From positions 49,972,001-50,036,000 of the forward strand of contig OX597820.1 of NCBI GenBank assembly GCA_951406725.2: a stretch of DNA of 64,000 bases. The letters run 5' to 3'. Shown one piece after another: positions 1 to 12,714 of the stretch. Within the stretch, counting starts at the first letter, position 1; the number at the start of each line of letters is the position of its first letter. The position numbers and the translations under genes were made by a program. The DNA comes from Octopus vulgaris. Lineage: Eukaryota. The notes under the pieces were generated by a model that was not told the DNA's origin, made no database searches, and saw only the letters and a list, made by a program, of their open reading frames with translations.

Positions 1-223
1 CAATTGTATAATTCACACAAGTATTCATACACACATACACACATTCATAAATGCATACACACACAAACAGTCAGGTCATACCCACAATGATATACACATA
101 TGCACACACCTATGGATATATATATATATATATATATATTTAAACGGTGGTGCATCAGCATGGCCGCAGCTCCGAGCTGAAACTAGAGAGAATATATATA
201 TATATATTGTGTGTGTTTGTGTG

Positions 224-257
<34 letters not shown>

Positions 258-411
258 AACACACACAAACACACACAGAAAGAGAGGGGGAGAGAGAGAA
301 AGAAAGAATGAGATAGTTGGAAACAGGGAGATCGTTAGATAGATACGTATGTATATATGTATATATTATATACATACGTATAAATATATATGCATACACA
401 CATACACACAT

Positions 412-476
<65 letters not shown>

Positions 477-2314
477 TGTATGTATATTTAGTGACACACA
501 CATACACACATACACGTATGTATGTATATATATATATATGCACATACATATATTCCCGTGCATATACACACACATTCGAGCATGTACACACATATACATA
601 TATTTATATCTGAATTTATTCACTTATGAACGCTTAACCATTTGCAGGCTTATAATAGTTGGTTGTGTTTTATTTCCATGGTTCCTTGGGTAGGACGGTC
701 AAGTAGCCTTGAGTATCACAGTTCCATTGAAGCGAGACCATAACCACTAACAAAGTATTAGCATTGATTTTTTTAAACATATTTTATTAATTCAAACCTG
801 GTTATGAAATGGTAGCAGTCGAACAGGGCCAACTGGAGATCTACCAATTAAATGTCAAAGAATTCATAGTTACGTCCTTTTACTTTCAGGATTCAAATTT
901 TATCATTAATTCTTCTCATCACGATAAAATTAGTACCACTGAACTGCAGGTATAGAATCGATACATTACAACCCATTACATTAAAAATTTAGCAACACGA
1001 ATATGGCTATTTCACTGATATCTATTATCAGTTTTTTAAAAGTTAATTTTGTTAATTAATTCAGTTATGTAATATTTTTATCTGTTGTTTCTATTCGTAG
1101 TACTCCAATATTTCTAGTGACGCCAGAGATGTCTGAATTAAAATTGTGGAAAAATCGAAAGCGAAAAATTAAGCAATAGCAGTGCGAGTAAATGAAGTGT
1201 AATTATCTGTGATTCTTTCAAGAGAATTGATATAATATGTGATCGTATTTTGTCATTGTGTTTCCATTTTCTTCCTTATATTCCTCCGCTAAACACATCA
1301 TTAATAAACAGCACGAAAATATTTTTCGATGCTCCGATTCATCCCAGCTAAGCCAACAGGTGTAGGATTTTAACGAATTGCTTGCAATTACTGTGAAACG
1401 TAAAGTCGATGCTATACTGGCGAACCTTCAATGATAAGAGAAACGTCTTTCGAGTTGTCGCCATTACTTAACAATCCATCTCATTATGTAATTGTATAAC
1501 TATCTGTGTAGCTATACTTGGCTTGTTTAATGACCTTATCGATAAAATCGATTTCAATAAATAGCATAAGAGATTACACAGTTGTGTCCATAATAAAGAT
1601 ATTTAATTAAACATAGGTTGATAATGACCAGGAAATTACAAATGCCATTCGCGCAAAGGGAACATGGCTGAGACAAACAATCTTCCTTTGTGCACTTGAA
1701 ATAAGATGAAGCGGGAAAAGTTGCAGAAGAGGACCAACTCATTCAAAATTAAAACATGTGATGATTTGTGGATTTTACTACAATCCGACTTTCGATCGGC
1801 AAACAAACTGTTACAGCAGACCATCAGTAATGTAACAATAAGAAGTCCCCTCTACATAAACCTGCCATAAGGAACTCACCTAGTGTTTTCTCTGTTGGGA
1901 AATGTATTCTCTTAAGTTAGAAGTTATACTTTTACCGGTCTCCTAAATTCGGTCACGATGACATTTTCAGATAAACTTGAGTTGCATCTAGGAGCAAAGT
2001 CTAGCCTCACAGAAACTAAAGTCACAAAAACAATTAAGGAACCATTTACTGACGGATTCTGATATGGCTCTACAAAGCGTGTCTGAGGATTTTGTTCCTA
2101 CGAGTGAGCTCACACAAGTGAATAAATGGATGAGGGTTGATGTTAGATTGGGATCGACATTCTTTCTGACAGTCATGTAGTTTCTGGCGCCTATTGGCCT
2201 TCATCATGCGATATGAACATGCTTTAATAAGACAGAAAAATTTGAGGAGGTTTCGGCAGACTGAAAAAAATCTTACATTTAGGTGCATCTTCAAATAAAA
2301 CAAAACCCAAAATA

Positions 2315-2878
2315 CAGGGTGGGGCAGAGAGGACGGACGTTTTTGAAATTACTATTGCACAGCCCCATGAGAAGGGGCAAATGGTAGACAGATAACTTTC
2401 GGTCCGTAGTGTCTTAACAATTTTTTCTTCTCGGGTGAAGCCCCGGTGCGGTGGAGAGAGAGCATCGCGTATTTGTCTACGACAGTTATGTAAAGAATAA
2501 CGAGTCTGTCACAGCAATTCAGCGTGAGTTTTGACGCCACTTCAATATTCACCGAAATCAGGCTGTTCCCACCCGTAACACAATCTTACGTTGGGTGAAT
2601 GCACTTCGTATAACCAATATAAATGGGAGACCGCCTCGAACGGCACGAACCCTGGAAAATGCGGAGCGGATCAGACAGGCTTTGATACGAAGTCTGAATT
2701 GCTCTGCTCAGAAACATTCCACTGAACTTGGCATCGATAATCGATCAGTAAGGCTTATTTTGAAGAAGACCGGCATTCCCACCCGTACAAATTGGTTATT
2801 GGGTAATTGTTGAAACCATGAGACTATGCACAGCGGCTTAACTTCGCACTTCAGATTGAAGAACTTATGGAATGACCT
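2315..2878 (+). mobile_element. Tc1/mariner-superfamily DNA transposon relic (left end plus N-terminal HTH/DUF4817-type transposase, pseudogenised)
   Basis: TA (2313-2314) followed by a CAGGGTG terminus. Translation EHRVFVYDSYVKNNESVTAIQREF*RHFNIHRNQAVPTRNTILRWVNALR...RTARTLENAERIRQALIRS..., then a frameshifted HPYKL...DYAQRLNFA. Contains stops and a frameshift and is truncated by a microsatellite. Confidence 0.85.
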
Positions 2879-2924
2879 GATATATGTATGTATACATACA
2901 TGTTGCTCTCTTTAGTCATGTATG

Positions 2925-3092
<168 letters not shown>

Positions 3093-3905
3093 GTTTGTAG
3101 TGAAATCTCTTCTGAGACAAGCTATTAAATTCTCACCCAGAAAAGATATTTCATAAAAACAAAAGAAGGATGAAACAGCAATTAACAAAGGGAACTAGAA
3201 TACATTATTAGACTCAGCAGTAGAACAATACCAAAACTATTAACGCCTACAACTTTCTTAAATAAAACATGTAAACAAAGTATATATGTTACACTACATG
3301 AACAAAATGCGTCCTAGTTACGGAATACCTGCGTACGTTATAAATGAGCTCATAAAACAGAACACAGCCTGTACATCCAACCAGAAACAAGTAGCATGAA
3401 AACGGTAGAATTAAAAATCTCCGCATCAACCAGAAACTACTGATATGTAAGGCAGAGAACATATTTCGCATAACCAATATAAAGTAAAAATGAAAGTTCT
3501 CATCCACTTGACTCAAACTCTTACATTGGACACTGAAACTTTTCGAGGCATTTTCTCACCAGCTGACCATTTATTGATACTGAGGAACTTTGAAACTCAT
3601 CACAATATTGAACCCCCACAAAAATATACGTGGAAAAACGCTAGTTGATACCACAATGATTTTACAAAAACTTCCATAATTATATTAGACGGTAAACAAA
3701 GGAAGGTTTGTTAACCGCAAAATACAAACCCAAAATTAACATGCAGTTATAGTAATCTACTAACAGACAAGTAAAGGACAGTCTTTGATGAAGATAATAT
3801 GATTTCAACGATTAAAATATTGGATCAGGCAATGACGATGATGTCATCTGTATCCTCAACTATTTCAGGATCCATGTTGTCGATATTATATATATATATA
3901 TATAT

Positions 3906-4297
3906 ACTAGTACTATGACCCGGCGTTTCCGGGTGTACTGCTAGTGCTTGTTGCCAGGTCGCAGTAAAAATTTCTCTCTAAATCAAGAGCTAAGTTTCTT
4001 ATCACATTCCAGCCCGGACCAGTTTTGTTGCTTATGAGCCAGTTGGAGCTTTTTATGAGAGTAATTTATATTCATTGGACCTCGGCAATGCCCATATGCC
4101 CATAATTTATGGGCATAAGGGGTCGGTTTATCGATTTTTTTTTAATGGCTTTCTGGAGTGACTGGAGAAATGAAAAGATATTCACGATCACCCTGAGAAA
4201 ATTTTGAAAGCCCATAAAAAATGCGAGCCTTTTACGTGAAAAACTGTGGATTTGTATAAAGGACACACAGACACATAGATACACAGACATTTTGCCC
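3906..4297 (-). mobile_element. Non-autonomous Helitron-like element
   Basis: Minus-strand 3' end is a hairpin (plus-strand ACCCGG-CGTTT-CCGGGT, 3918-3934) followed by CTAG (3907-3910). The other end has TGTCTGTG-type repeats typical of invertebrate non-autonomous Helitrons. Confidence 0.6.
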
Positions 4298-4389
4298 GAG
4301 GCAGAGTTTACGAAAAAAACAAAAGACGAAGACAGGTGGTGTACAAAACAAACAGATGCATTAGTATAACGCTCAGGAATAGAAAAAGT

Positions 4390-4425
4390 CTTTTACGTTT
4401 CGAGCCTACGCTCTTCTACAGAAAG
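4390..4425 (-). ncRNA. Minimal type-I hammerhead-like motif with variant core (CUGUAGA) inside a short repeat (about 4310-4550)
   Basis: Minus strand reads CTTT-CTGTAGA-A-GAGC-GTAG-GCTC-GAAA-CG-TA-AAAG. Stem I (CTTT/AAAG) and stem II (GAGC/GCTC) are perfect, stem III is a loopless palindrome, and the cleavage triplet is GUA. Confidence 0.65.
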
Positions 4426-4754
4426 GGACACAGAAAAAACAAGGAGAGAAAAAAATGTGTGTAGTGGCTAACGATCTATCATGGTGACTGACTTCGGACA
4501 GAAGGGTCACACACGAGGAGGAAGAAGTAGGGGAGATAACAAAGTAAAGATGAATACATACATACATACATACATACATACATACATACAAAGGTACATA
4601 CACACGCACTAAACACATACTAATAAGGAAATATATTGAATAATAGTGACAATGACTCACTAAATAAAAATTACTGCAATGCCTTTGACCATAAGTCTGC
4701 TCGATCGGAACTGAGATGAACAAAACAGCAAATGCAACAACATTTCTTTATATT

Positions 4755-4971
4755 AAGGAGGTGACCTGGCAGGATCGTTGCAATGCCGGGCAAAATGTCT
4801 AGCGAAATTTCTTCTATCTTCACTTTCTGAGTTCAAATTTCACCGAGGTCGACTTTGTATTACATCCTTTCGAGGTCGATAAAAGAAGTATCAGTTGAGC
4901 ACTGGGATCGATGTAATCTACCTAACCCTTCCCCCGAAATTACTGGCCTTGTACCAAAATTTGAAACCAAT
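4755..4971 (+). mobile_element. Nin-domain SINE (family C)
   Basis: GAGTTCAAATT B-box-like motif followed by GAGGTCGACTTTG..CATCCTTTCGAGGTCGATAAAA, the Nin conserved domain. More than 15 related copies occur in the window. Confidence 0.8.
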
Positions 4972-6279
4972 GTTTATTTACATATAAAGAAGAAATATTT
5001 TTCTTCACATATTTTGTAATTTAAAGCTGATCAGGTTTCGCTAAACCTTGAAATGAAATAAGTATGGATTTCTAGAGCCAGTGTATTTCGCAAAATAATC
5101 AGAAAAAGGATTCTTTCAAAATCTATATTATAATGAGATTATACTAAATTATTTCCTTAAATTTGTTTCATTCGTAGGTTTTCTTTTATATTTCAAAAGA
5201 ACGTGGATTAGGGTTATAATATAAATAAAAAGAAAAAAATGAAAAATATCTCACGAATGTGTATCCAGCAGTAATTCACGTTTCGAAATCGCCTTCCTGT
5301 GAATATTACATTAGCATACATACTTCGTTTAAACGCGTATTCGGCGATCAATCATTAGATTAATCCTAAAATTTAATATAATTTCAGTTAATTTCTTTTA
5401 TATTTAGTTCCTTTCTTAAAGATTAAATTCCACCACCCCTCATTCCTGCATCTACAATTCAATATATTTATAGAATAATTAGAGCTCCCACAACAGTTCT
5501 ACAAAATTACGATGTTATACTGTGCACAGAATTTTGACAGTGCTTCATAAAAATATGCGCACCACTGACAGTGTTTATATGTATTATATACATACATACA
5601 TACATACATACATACATACATACATACATACATACGTACAGACTAACAGGCAGCCAGACATGCATACATATCTGTATGCATGCATACATACATAGTTACA
5701 TACATACGTCTACTCGTGGCCAAGGAAGACCATCAGAGGCTATTGACCATGCTAAATGCTAGCAGTGTCTGCGCATGAGGCCACTGCGCCAGCGGTTGGC
5801 ATTACCCGGGTTTGTGCTTGCACATCTCACGCTTGACGCGGCAACTTCCAGCTCGAACGTGCATCTAAATGTTGCTTCGTCGGCGGTTGCACAACACCTC
5901 AGGGACCGTCTCCACCCTAATCATATGATCCAGAAACAAGACAGAACAAGATATCCAGTGCCAAAGTTAGTTGCCTGCTCAGTAATGTGTGAGAGCCATA
6001 ATCTTGAGCATAAGCAAAAGTTACCCAAAAGTTTCAGTGCCATCCACTGCATATTTGATATTATACGAGAGTGGCCATACCTTGGAGATATGCTTTAACA
6101 AAAGCTGACGTGGGCTTCATATCCAGCGAGCTTCCAGCATGTCAGAAATTAACCCTGAATTTCTGAGAGCCCGAGCTATCCTTAAATATTCATTGAACCT
6201 ATACAGGGTTCATGCGTCCTTTTGATAGGTCATTTTAATCCTGGTAGATTTATAGCAACCCTCCTCCTTAGGCAAGCGT

Positions 6280-6810
6280 TAATGGGCTGCTGGTTATGTG
6301 ATATTGCTTCTTGGGCCCCGTGATGGTGGTAATATTGCTGATGTAGAGGCAGGTGTTACATCGACGGCGAGAACATTTAAAGGTTCCTGGTTGTGTGGAG
6401 CTGGGAGCTGTGAAGCGTCTAACAACGAGATTCCTAAAACTCCTATCTTTTCTAAAAGATAGGGGCGTGTGTTGGGTTAGAAAGAAGAATGTGAAAGCTG
6501 TGGGTGAGTTTGTGCTTTAGAGGGAGGATGCAAAGGTGATAGGTGAGAGGGAGTGGAATACGGCCGGTGAAATGCGTGAAGATGGTAGGAGAGCTGTGGA
6601 GCGGTTGATGGATAGGATTCGGTGGAGTACCGGGTCGTCAACTGATGAAGGTACCCTCGATTTAGAAAAAAACTGTCGCATATTTTCTTCATCTCTAGCC
6701 CCTGACGAAGGATTGCATCCGAAACGTTGGATATTCCTCTCCTCACGGCAAGTTCACTGCACCCCTTCCACTTTTTTCTATATTTTTCAAGTCTTGTTGA
6801 CGCAGAGCTA
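6280..6810 (-). mobile_element. Penelope-like retroelement remnant (RT thumb/linker) with inverted pseudo-LTR
   Basis: Minus-strand frameshifted translation: MRQFFLNRGY(P)[20 protein letters not shown]...RIPLPLTYH...FHILLSNP...LSFRKDRSFRNLVVR...PGTFKCSRRRCNTCLYISNITTITGPKKQYHITSS. This is the Cys-rich linker that precedes the GIY-YIG domain. An oppositely oriented HHR-containing segment (about 6690-6810) abuts (TA)n. Confidence 0.85.
6696..6733 (+). ncRNA. Minimal type-I hammerhead ribozyme of the Penelope pseudo-LTR
   Basis: CC-CTGACGA-A-GGAT-TGC-ATCC-GAAA-CG-TT-GG: canonical core, 4-bp stem II, palindromic stem III, short or degraded stem I. Confidence 0.75.
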
Positions 6811-6868
6811 CTATATATATATATATATATACACACACACATATACAAATTTATACATACATATAAAC

Positions 6869-6965
<97 letters not shown>

Positions 6966-7085
6966 CATACATACATACACACACGCGCGCATATATACAT
7001 ATACATACATGTTTATATACACACACAGGTGAACACATAAGTGCAAATCAAGGTAGGGAAATAGTACTCAAATACTAAAAGTAGA

Positions 7086-7254
7086 CAGGTCTATATTTAA
7101 GAGATGAGGAATTATGTACATTACCTACATTATTTATATTTTACGGATATTTGTCCTCATCTTGTTAGTAGTTTCTGCTGATATACACTCCAGCCTTCAT
7201 CAGGTGTCTTGGGGAAATTTCGAACCTGGTTCTCTTTCCTAATGTATTTTTCGA

Positions 7255-7313
<59 letters not shown>

Positions 7314-7480
7314 TCACTACCTGGAATCGAAGTCGGAATCTTGGGGTTAGAAGCCCGCGCTCTTAACCACTACGCCATATGACCATGGGCATATGGCGAA
7401 GGCGTAGAGGTTAATAATAATAACAATAAACAAGATGAGGACAATATCCGTCAAATATAATATAAATAATTTAAATAATG
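7086..7480. mobile_element. Head-to-head inverted dimer of a tRNA-headed, HHR-bearing SINE-like element (copy 1)
   Basis: The left arm (minus) has an A/B-box head at 7310-7380, (AAT)n, an HHR at 7171-7208 and a tail. The central palindrome is CGCCATATG(A)CCATGGGCATATGGCG (7373-7398). The right arm is internally deleted. Flanking duplication TACTAAA(A/G)GTAGA at 7073-7085 and 7481-7493. Confidence 0.8.
7171..7208 (-). ncRNA. Hammerhead motif (intact CUGAUGA/GAAA, damaged stem III and stem I)
   Basis: Minus strand reads GACAC-CTGATGA-A-GGCTG-GAGTGTATAT-CAGCA-GAAAC. Homologous to 12564-12609. Confidence 0.7.
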
Positions 7481-7531
7481 TACTAAAGGTAGAATAATGT
7501 ACTTCCTATAAAGGCTGCAAAATTATCACAA

Positions 7532-7571
7532 AACTTGCTCAGAATTTCGCGCTCCCGTTCGTTGGACAGTT
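7532..7571 (-). ncRNA. Degenerate hammerhead-like motif in the host repeat interrupted by the 7086-7480 insertion
   Basis: Minus strand reads AACTGT-CCAACGA-ACGGGAGCGC-GAAA-TTCTGAG-CA-AGTT. It has HHR order with several core substitutions. Confidence 0.35.
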
Positions 7572-7659
7572 GTTATCCGGCTAACTTAATGTGAAACGCT
7601 GAAAAACAGTCCCCTGATAATTATGAGGCTGTAATAAACAATTGTTTGTGAGCGTGTGT

Positions 7660-7691
<32 letters not shown>

Positions 7692-8269
7692 ACACTGATG
7701 CGCATATATGTGTGTCTTTGTTCAACTCTGCAAAATACAAAATACTCAATTCATAAATATAACAAAATATTATCGACCGCACACATTCTACTTATAAGTT
7801 CTACTTGTTCGCCAGTTCACTGCTGTATATCAGAATATACTTTACATATCAACGGGACACGAAAAGACGCTTCTACTATCAAGTTTGTACAGTAATCAGT
7901 CTGGCCGGCATGTATAATGAAAGTGAAGCTGTTGATAATTACATATTCTAGCGATACAAATATGATGAGAAACGTAAATTGGCTAAAACGTCGTATATAT
8001 TTGTAGTACTAGCTAACCAACAGCCTACATTAGTTATAGTACTAGTTAACCAACCAATGCACATCAATAAATAATGCTATACCAATTTTTAGAAATGTTT
8101 AGTATACTTTCATGAAGCATTTTCGTTGCAGCACACTTCAGAATCGATTTTCTTAATGTATTTTTCTAAATTATTTCTTTCGTTGCTCCAAAATATTGCT
8201 TTCGAGTTATATGTTGCTGCACTGAAACGCATCAACTAATACTAAATATGAGTGAGTTGAATGAGTTCC

Positions 8270-8371
<102 letters not shown>

Positions 8372-8770
8372 TGTGTATGCGAAAATCTGTTGATTTTCCA
8401 GAAACGTAAATTACAAGACTCACTAGAAATGCAAATTATTTTTTCAATATATTACAGCTGCAAAGCTCCGACTTCCAGTACTCCGAGTTAGTCGTTTCCG
8501 ATCAACAGCTGTTGAACTGAGACTGCTTTTCCTTTGAAATATTCACTCTTTGAATATTTTTGAAAATATGAAATGAAAGTTTAAAGAAAACGTATTTATT
8601 TATACTGTTTTATTTTAAAATCTTTGAAAATGACATGTGCTAAACGGCTACTTCAAGTTCATTTTCGTAATACATGCGCGTCTGCGAATGTGCATGTACG
8701 TTAATATATGTACCTATGTATGTATGTATGTATGTATGTATGTATGTATGTATGTATGTATGTATGTATG

Positions 8771-8870
8771 TCATTATTCAGTTCTATTTCAAGATTTCTT
8801 CCCAATTGAGAAAGAGCCGGTTTCTAACCTAGATGCAAGGCTCCTTCATTGGAATTTTAACATTAACAGA
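8771..8870 (-). repeat. Short element embedded in (TATG)n with a hammerhead-like arrangement
   Basis: Minus strand reads CCAATGA-AGG-AGCCT-TGCATCT-AGGTT-A-GAAA-CCGG-CTC. Flanked on both sides by (TATG)n. Confidence 0.35.
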
Positions 8871-8948
8871 GTATGTATGTTTGTATGTATGTATGCATGT
8901 ATGTATTTACGTATGTATGCATGTATGTATGTATGCATGCATGTATGG

Positions 8949-8980
<32 letters not shown>

Positions 8981-9062
8981 TTACGTATGTATGCACGTAT
9001 GTATGCATGCATATAAGTATATCTGTTTGTCTGTCTTTCCCTCGATATATACGTGGCTGTTT

Positions 9063-9112
<50 letters not shown>

Positions 9113-9329
9113 CATAGTCGTCAGCTTTATCTCGTATCAGAGAATATCCTTTCTTCTTTGCTAAAAGCTTCCAGTATGGCGATAGCGTTGATGACGAAGT
9201 AGACCAATTTTTACATAGAAGAGTCGATGGCATTAACTGTATGGTAATGTTGGTGGAAGACGAGGTCGATTTTGTCGAACCTTTCTCTCCTGTCGTTTGA
9301 TTTCTTCCTTTATACAGATAGATAGCTAG

Positions 9330-9336
9330 ATGGATG

Positions 9337-9405
<69 letters not shown>

Positions 9406-9503
9406 ATAGATAGACAGATTGATAGTTACGTATATATAGATACACATATACATATATTAGGGAAATGGGGGAGGTGTGAGAGACAAGAGAGAAAGAGAGA
9501 GTG

Positions 9504-9550
<47 letters not shown>

Positions 9551-9567
9551 AGGGAAAGAAAGAAACC

Positions 9568-9640
<73 letters not shown>
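9330..9640. repeat. (GATA)n, (GAAA)n and (GA)n microsatellites
   Basis: Direct reading of the sequence. Confidence 0.95.
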
Positions 9641-9642
<2 letters not shown>

Positions 9643-10678
9643 TGAGAAATAAATATATCTATAGAAGAAAAGGAAATGTGAAGCAATGAAAGGACAGCTT
9701 TTCTAAACGAATAATTTTCTGACATTTTTCCAGAAATATCGGAACTTAATAGCTGGAGACCATTGTATGATCGCATGTTTCACTAAGGTCTAAAATATCA
9801 GAAGTAAACCTCCACTGAGAAATTACAATTCATAATTCAAATGCCTTTCCTTGTTTTTGGAAGCATGTTGATTTTCTGCGAGGAGATGGTCCTAGCATTT
9901 GACCTCTTTTCAGAATTCCCTATGGCTGTCAGTTTTTGTTTAGAAATGGACACATGATTTCAAATATCTACCTAAGTGGCTGATAACCATATTACATATA
10001 TATTTTCTTTGCATTATCTCTTTGTCAAAGTTTGGAATAGAATAACTTTCCTTTACATTGTATCGTATAGGTTGTCGGTGTTATCATTTTTGAGTTTAGA
10101 AATCGTTTCAAAACTCACTACAGAGGCCGCCTGATTTTTCTTTTATGGTTGAGAACTTCCTTATCTCTATGTATGTCTGTATGCATGCATTTATACATAC
10201 GCACACAGAAAGATATGTATATTTCTATGTATGTACGTATTTATTTTCGTATATATGTATGTATGCATGTATTTATTTATCTTTGTACATACCATACATG
10301 AAACATGCACAGATTCACATACATATATTAGTACTCTTTGCTGTAATTGGTCCAACCGAAGTAGACTTCTTCCAAATATATGATACTAGTGTAGAATTGT
10401 ATATTCTTGTAGCTAAACCTGAAGTTTTATATAAATGAATACACGCATGTGTGTGAGTGTGTGCGTGTGAGCTGAAAGTTGCTTACTTGTGCATCGTATA
10501 TTTACTAAATGCTACATTTTATCCTAAAAATGCATGTGTTTATATATTTTCTTGTGACTAACTGCCTTCAGTAGTAATACAAATTCATTGGTATATTTCT
10601 CAGCCTCTGTGTTTATAAACAAGGATTTTTATATTAGTATTGCCTAACTATTTGCTTTCGCCTACCTATTACTTTTCA

Positions 10679-10989
10679 ATCACGTGATCACGTGACCGAC
10701 CAGGCTATCAGATGTTGCTACACATCGCTGGTCACAATGCGCTTCGCATTGTTTTAGCCTTCAAATGATTCCACCCCACTGGCTAAGCGAGCAGGCCAAC
10801 AGAAGAAAGAGTGAGAGAAAGTTGTGACGAAAGAGTACAGCAGGGATCACCATCACCTCCTGCCAGAGCCTCGTGAAGCTTTAGGTGTTTTCGCTCAATA
10901 AACACTCACAATACCCGGTCTGGGAATGGAAACCGCGATCCTACGACCGCGAGTCCGTTGCCCTAACCACTGGGCCATTACGCCTCCAC
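10679..10989 (-). mobile_element. tRNA-Arg-derived SINE (OR-like head), tail type 1
   Basis: Minus strand GTGGAGGCG..TGGCCCAGTGGTTAGGG..GACTCGCGGTC..GGTTTCCATTCCCAGACCGGG (A/B boxes, TCG anticodon). The tail ends in (CACGTGAT)2. Confidence 0.85.
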
Positions 10990-11763
10990 ATTAATTTTAA
11001 ATACTTATGTAAAACCACAGTATCTCATAAAATGAGTTTCCTATTCTAAGAGACTTTTGCTTCCTTCTGTTCTGATTAAATCTCAAATACCCGTCTGATA
11101 TTTTGGCAAGCCTATTCTATGTGCTATAATTAATTCTTTTATTGTATATTTAGTCTCCTTTGCACGTTAAATTTCCTACTTATTCCATGAAAATCATAAC
11201 TTGCTTTTGATATGATTAATGTATTATTATTTTTTTGACGTGATCAATGATTAAAAAAGATAATAAATTCTGCCGTAAGCATAAATCCAGTGTCACTATT
11301 ACACCTCTTTGATTTTTGTCTCTTATTCTTCAGATGACATATTTTGTTGGTTACATATATTCTAGACTTTCCACTGTTTCACTTTCTTAATTCCAATTCA
11401 TTTCTTTAATGTTGCATCATGTGCCTTTATGAGATTCACTCTGTTTATCTTAGCCTTTATTTCTCATCGCTATTATCAGATAGATATCCTCACAAAACTT
11501 CCGCACTCCTCCTAACTATGTGTAAAGTTTGCTATGATTATTAACGAAATTTTCTAAGCTTAACATTTCTTAACGTTAGCGTACCTGACTGTTAACTATT
11601 TCTACGTGGAGTCTTTCATATAGGGAGTTATCATTTAATCTTCATAGAGGAAAATGTAAGCTTTCAGCGAAATTAGATATTGATCGGTTTCAGTCCTTAT
11701 CAGAAGCTATTGGACACTCTTAATACAATTGAAAATGCACGCATATCGCAGTATTTTATCTTA

Positions 11764-12133
11764 ATCTCTTCTCTCTATATATAAACGGCAGTTTGTCTGT
11801 GCGTGTTTCTGTGTGTTCTTCTGTTTTCTAGAATACCCTCACTCATTTACATTACGGCTTTAACCGATTCTGATGAAACTTGACACACACATAGCCCAAT
11901 GTCATAATTCAAAACTAACGTTAAAATTTTGAAAAGTTCCCCCAGTTCTGAAAAACGATAAATTCGACATGGGGTCGAGAATGAGAAACCCAAACCACAG
12001 ACCGTCTAGGGCAACTCCACCTGTTTTAACTCTCAAAAAAATTTACCTGTTTTTTCCATTTTTTTGCTATTTTTTGGCTATAACTCTCTAAAAATATAGT
12101 TTTTCCTTATGAGCAACGCCGGGCGATACTGCT
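11764..12133 (+). mobile_element. Non-autonomous Helitron-like element
   Basis: 5' end TC..TATATATAAA..TGTCTGTG and an internal ACCGATTCTGATGAAACTTG motif. The 3' end AGCAACGCCGGGCGATACTGCT resembles the hairpin/CTAG end of the 3906-4297 element. Confidence 0.55.
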
Positions 12134-12177
12134 TCCTTTTATAAAATAAACGTTCTTCTGAATGATAGAATTATAAA

Positions 12178-12689
<512 letters not shown>

Positions 12690-12714
12690 AGTATAAATCA
12701 TTATCATTAATTTT

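Noticed and set aside
6642-6670. CTGATGA suggesting a second tandem hammerhead
   Set aside because: It is the antisense of Penelope Ser-Ser codons (GY.SSV), with no stem II/GAAA geometry.
7310-7380. tRNA-like sequences (also the SINE heads at 10920-10989, 16880-16949 and 42326-42400)
   Set aside because: They have A/B boxes but no intact acceptor stem or cloverleaf and continue into repeat bodies, so they are SINE heads rather than tRNA genes.
11869-11882. CTGATGAAAC
   Set aside because: There is no room for stem II, and it is part of the common Helitron-like internal motif.
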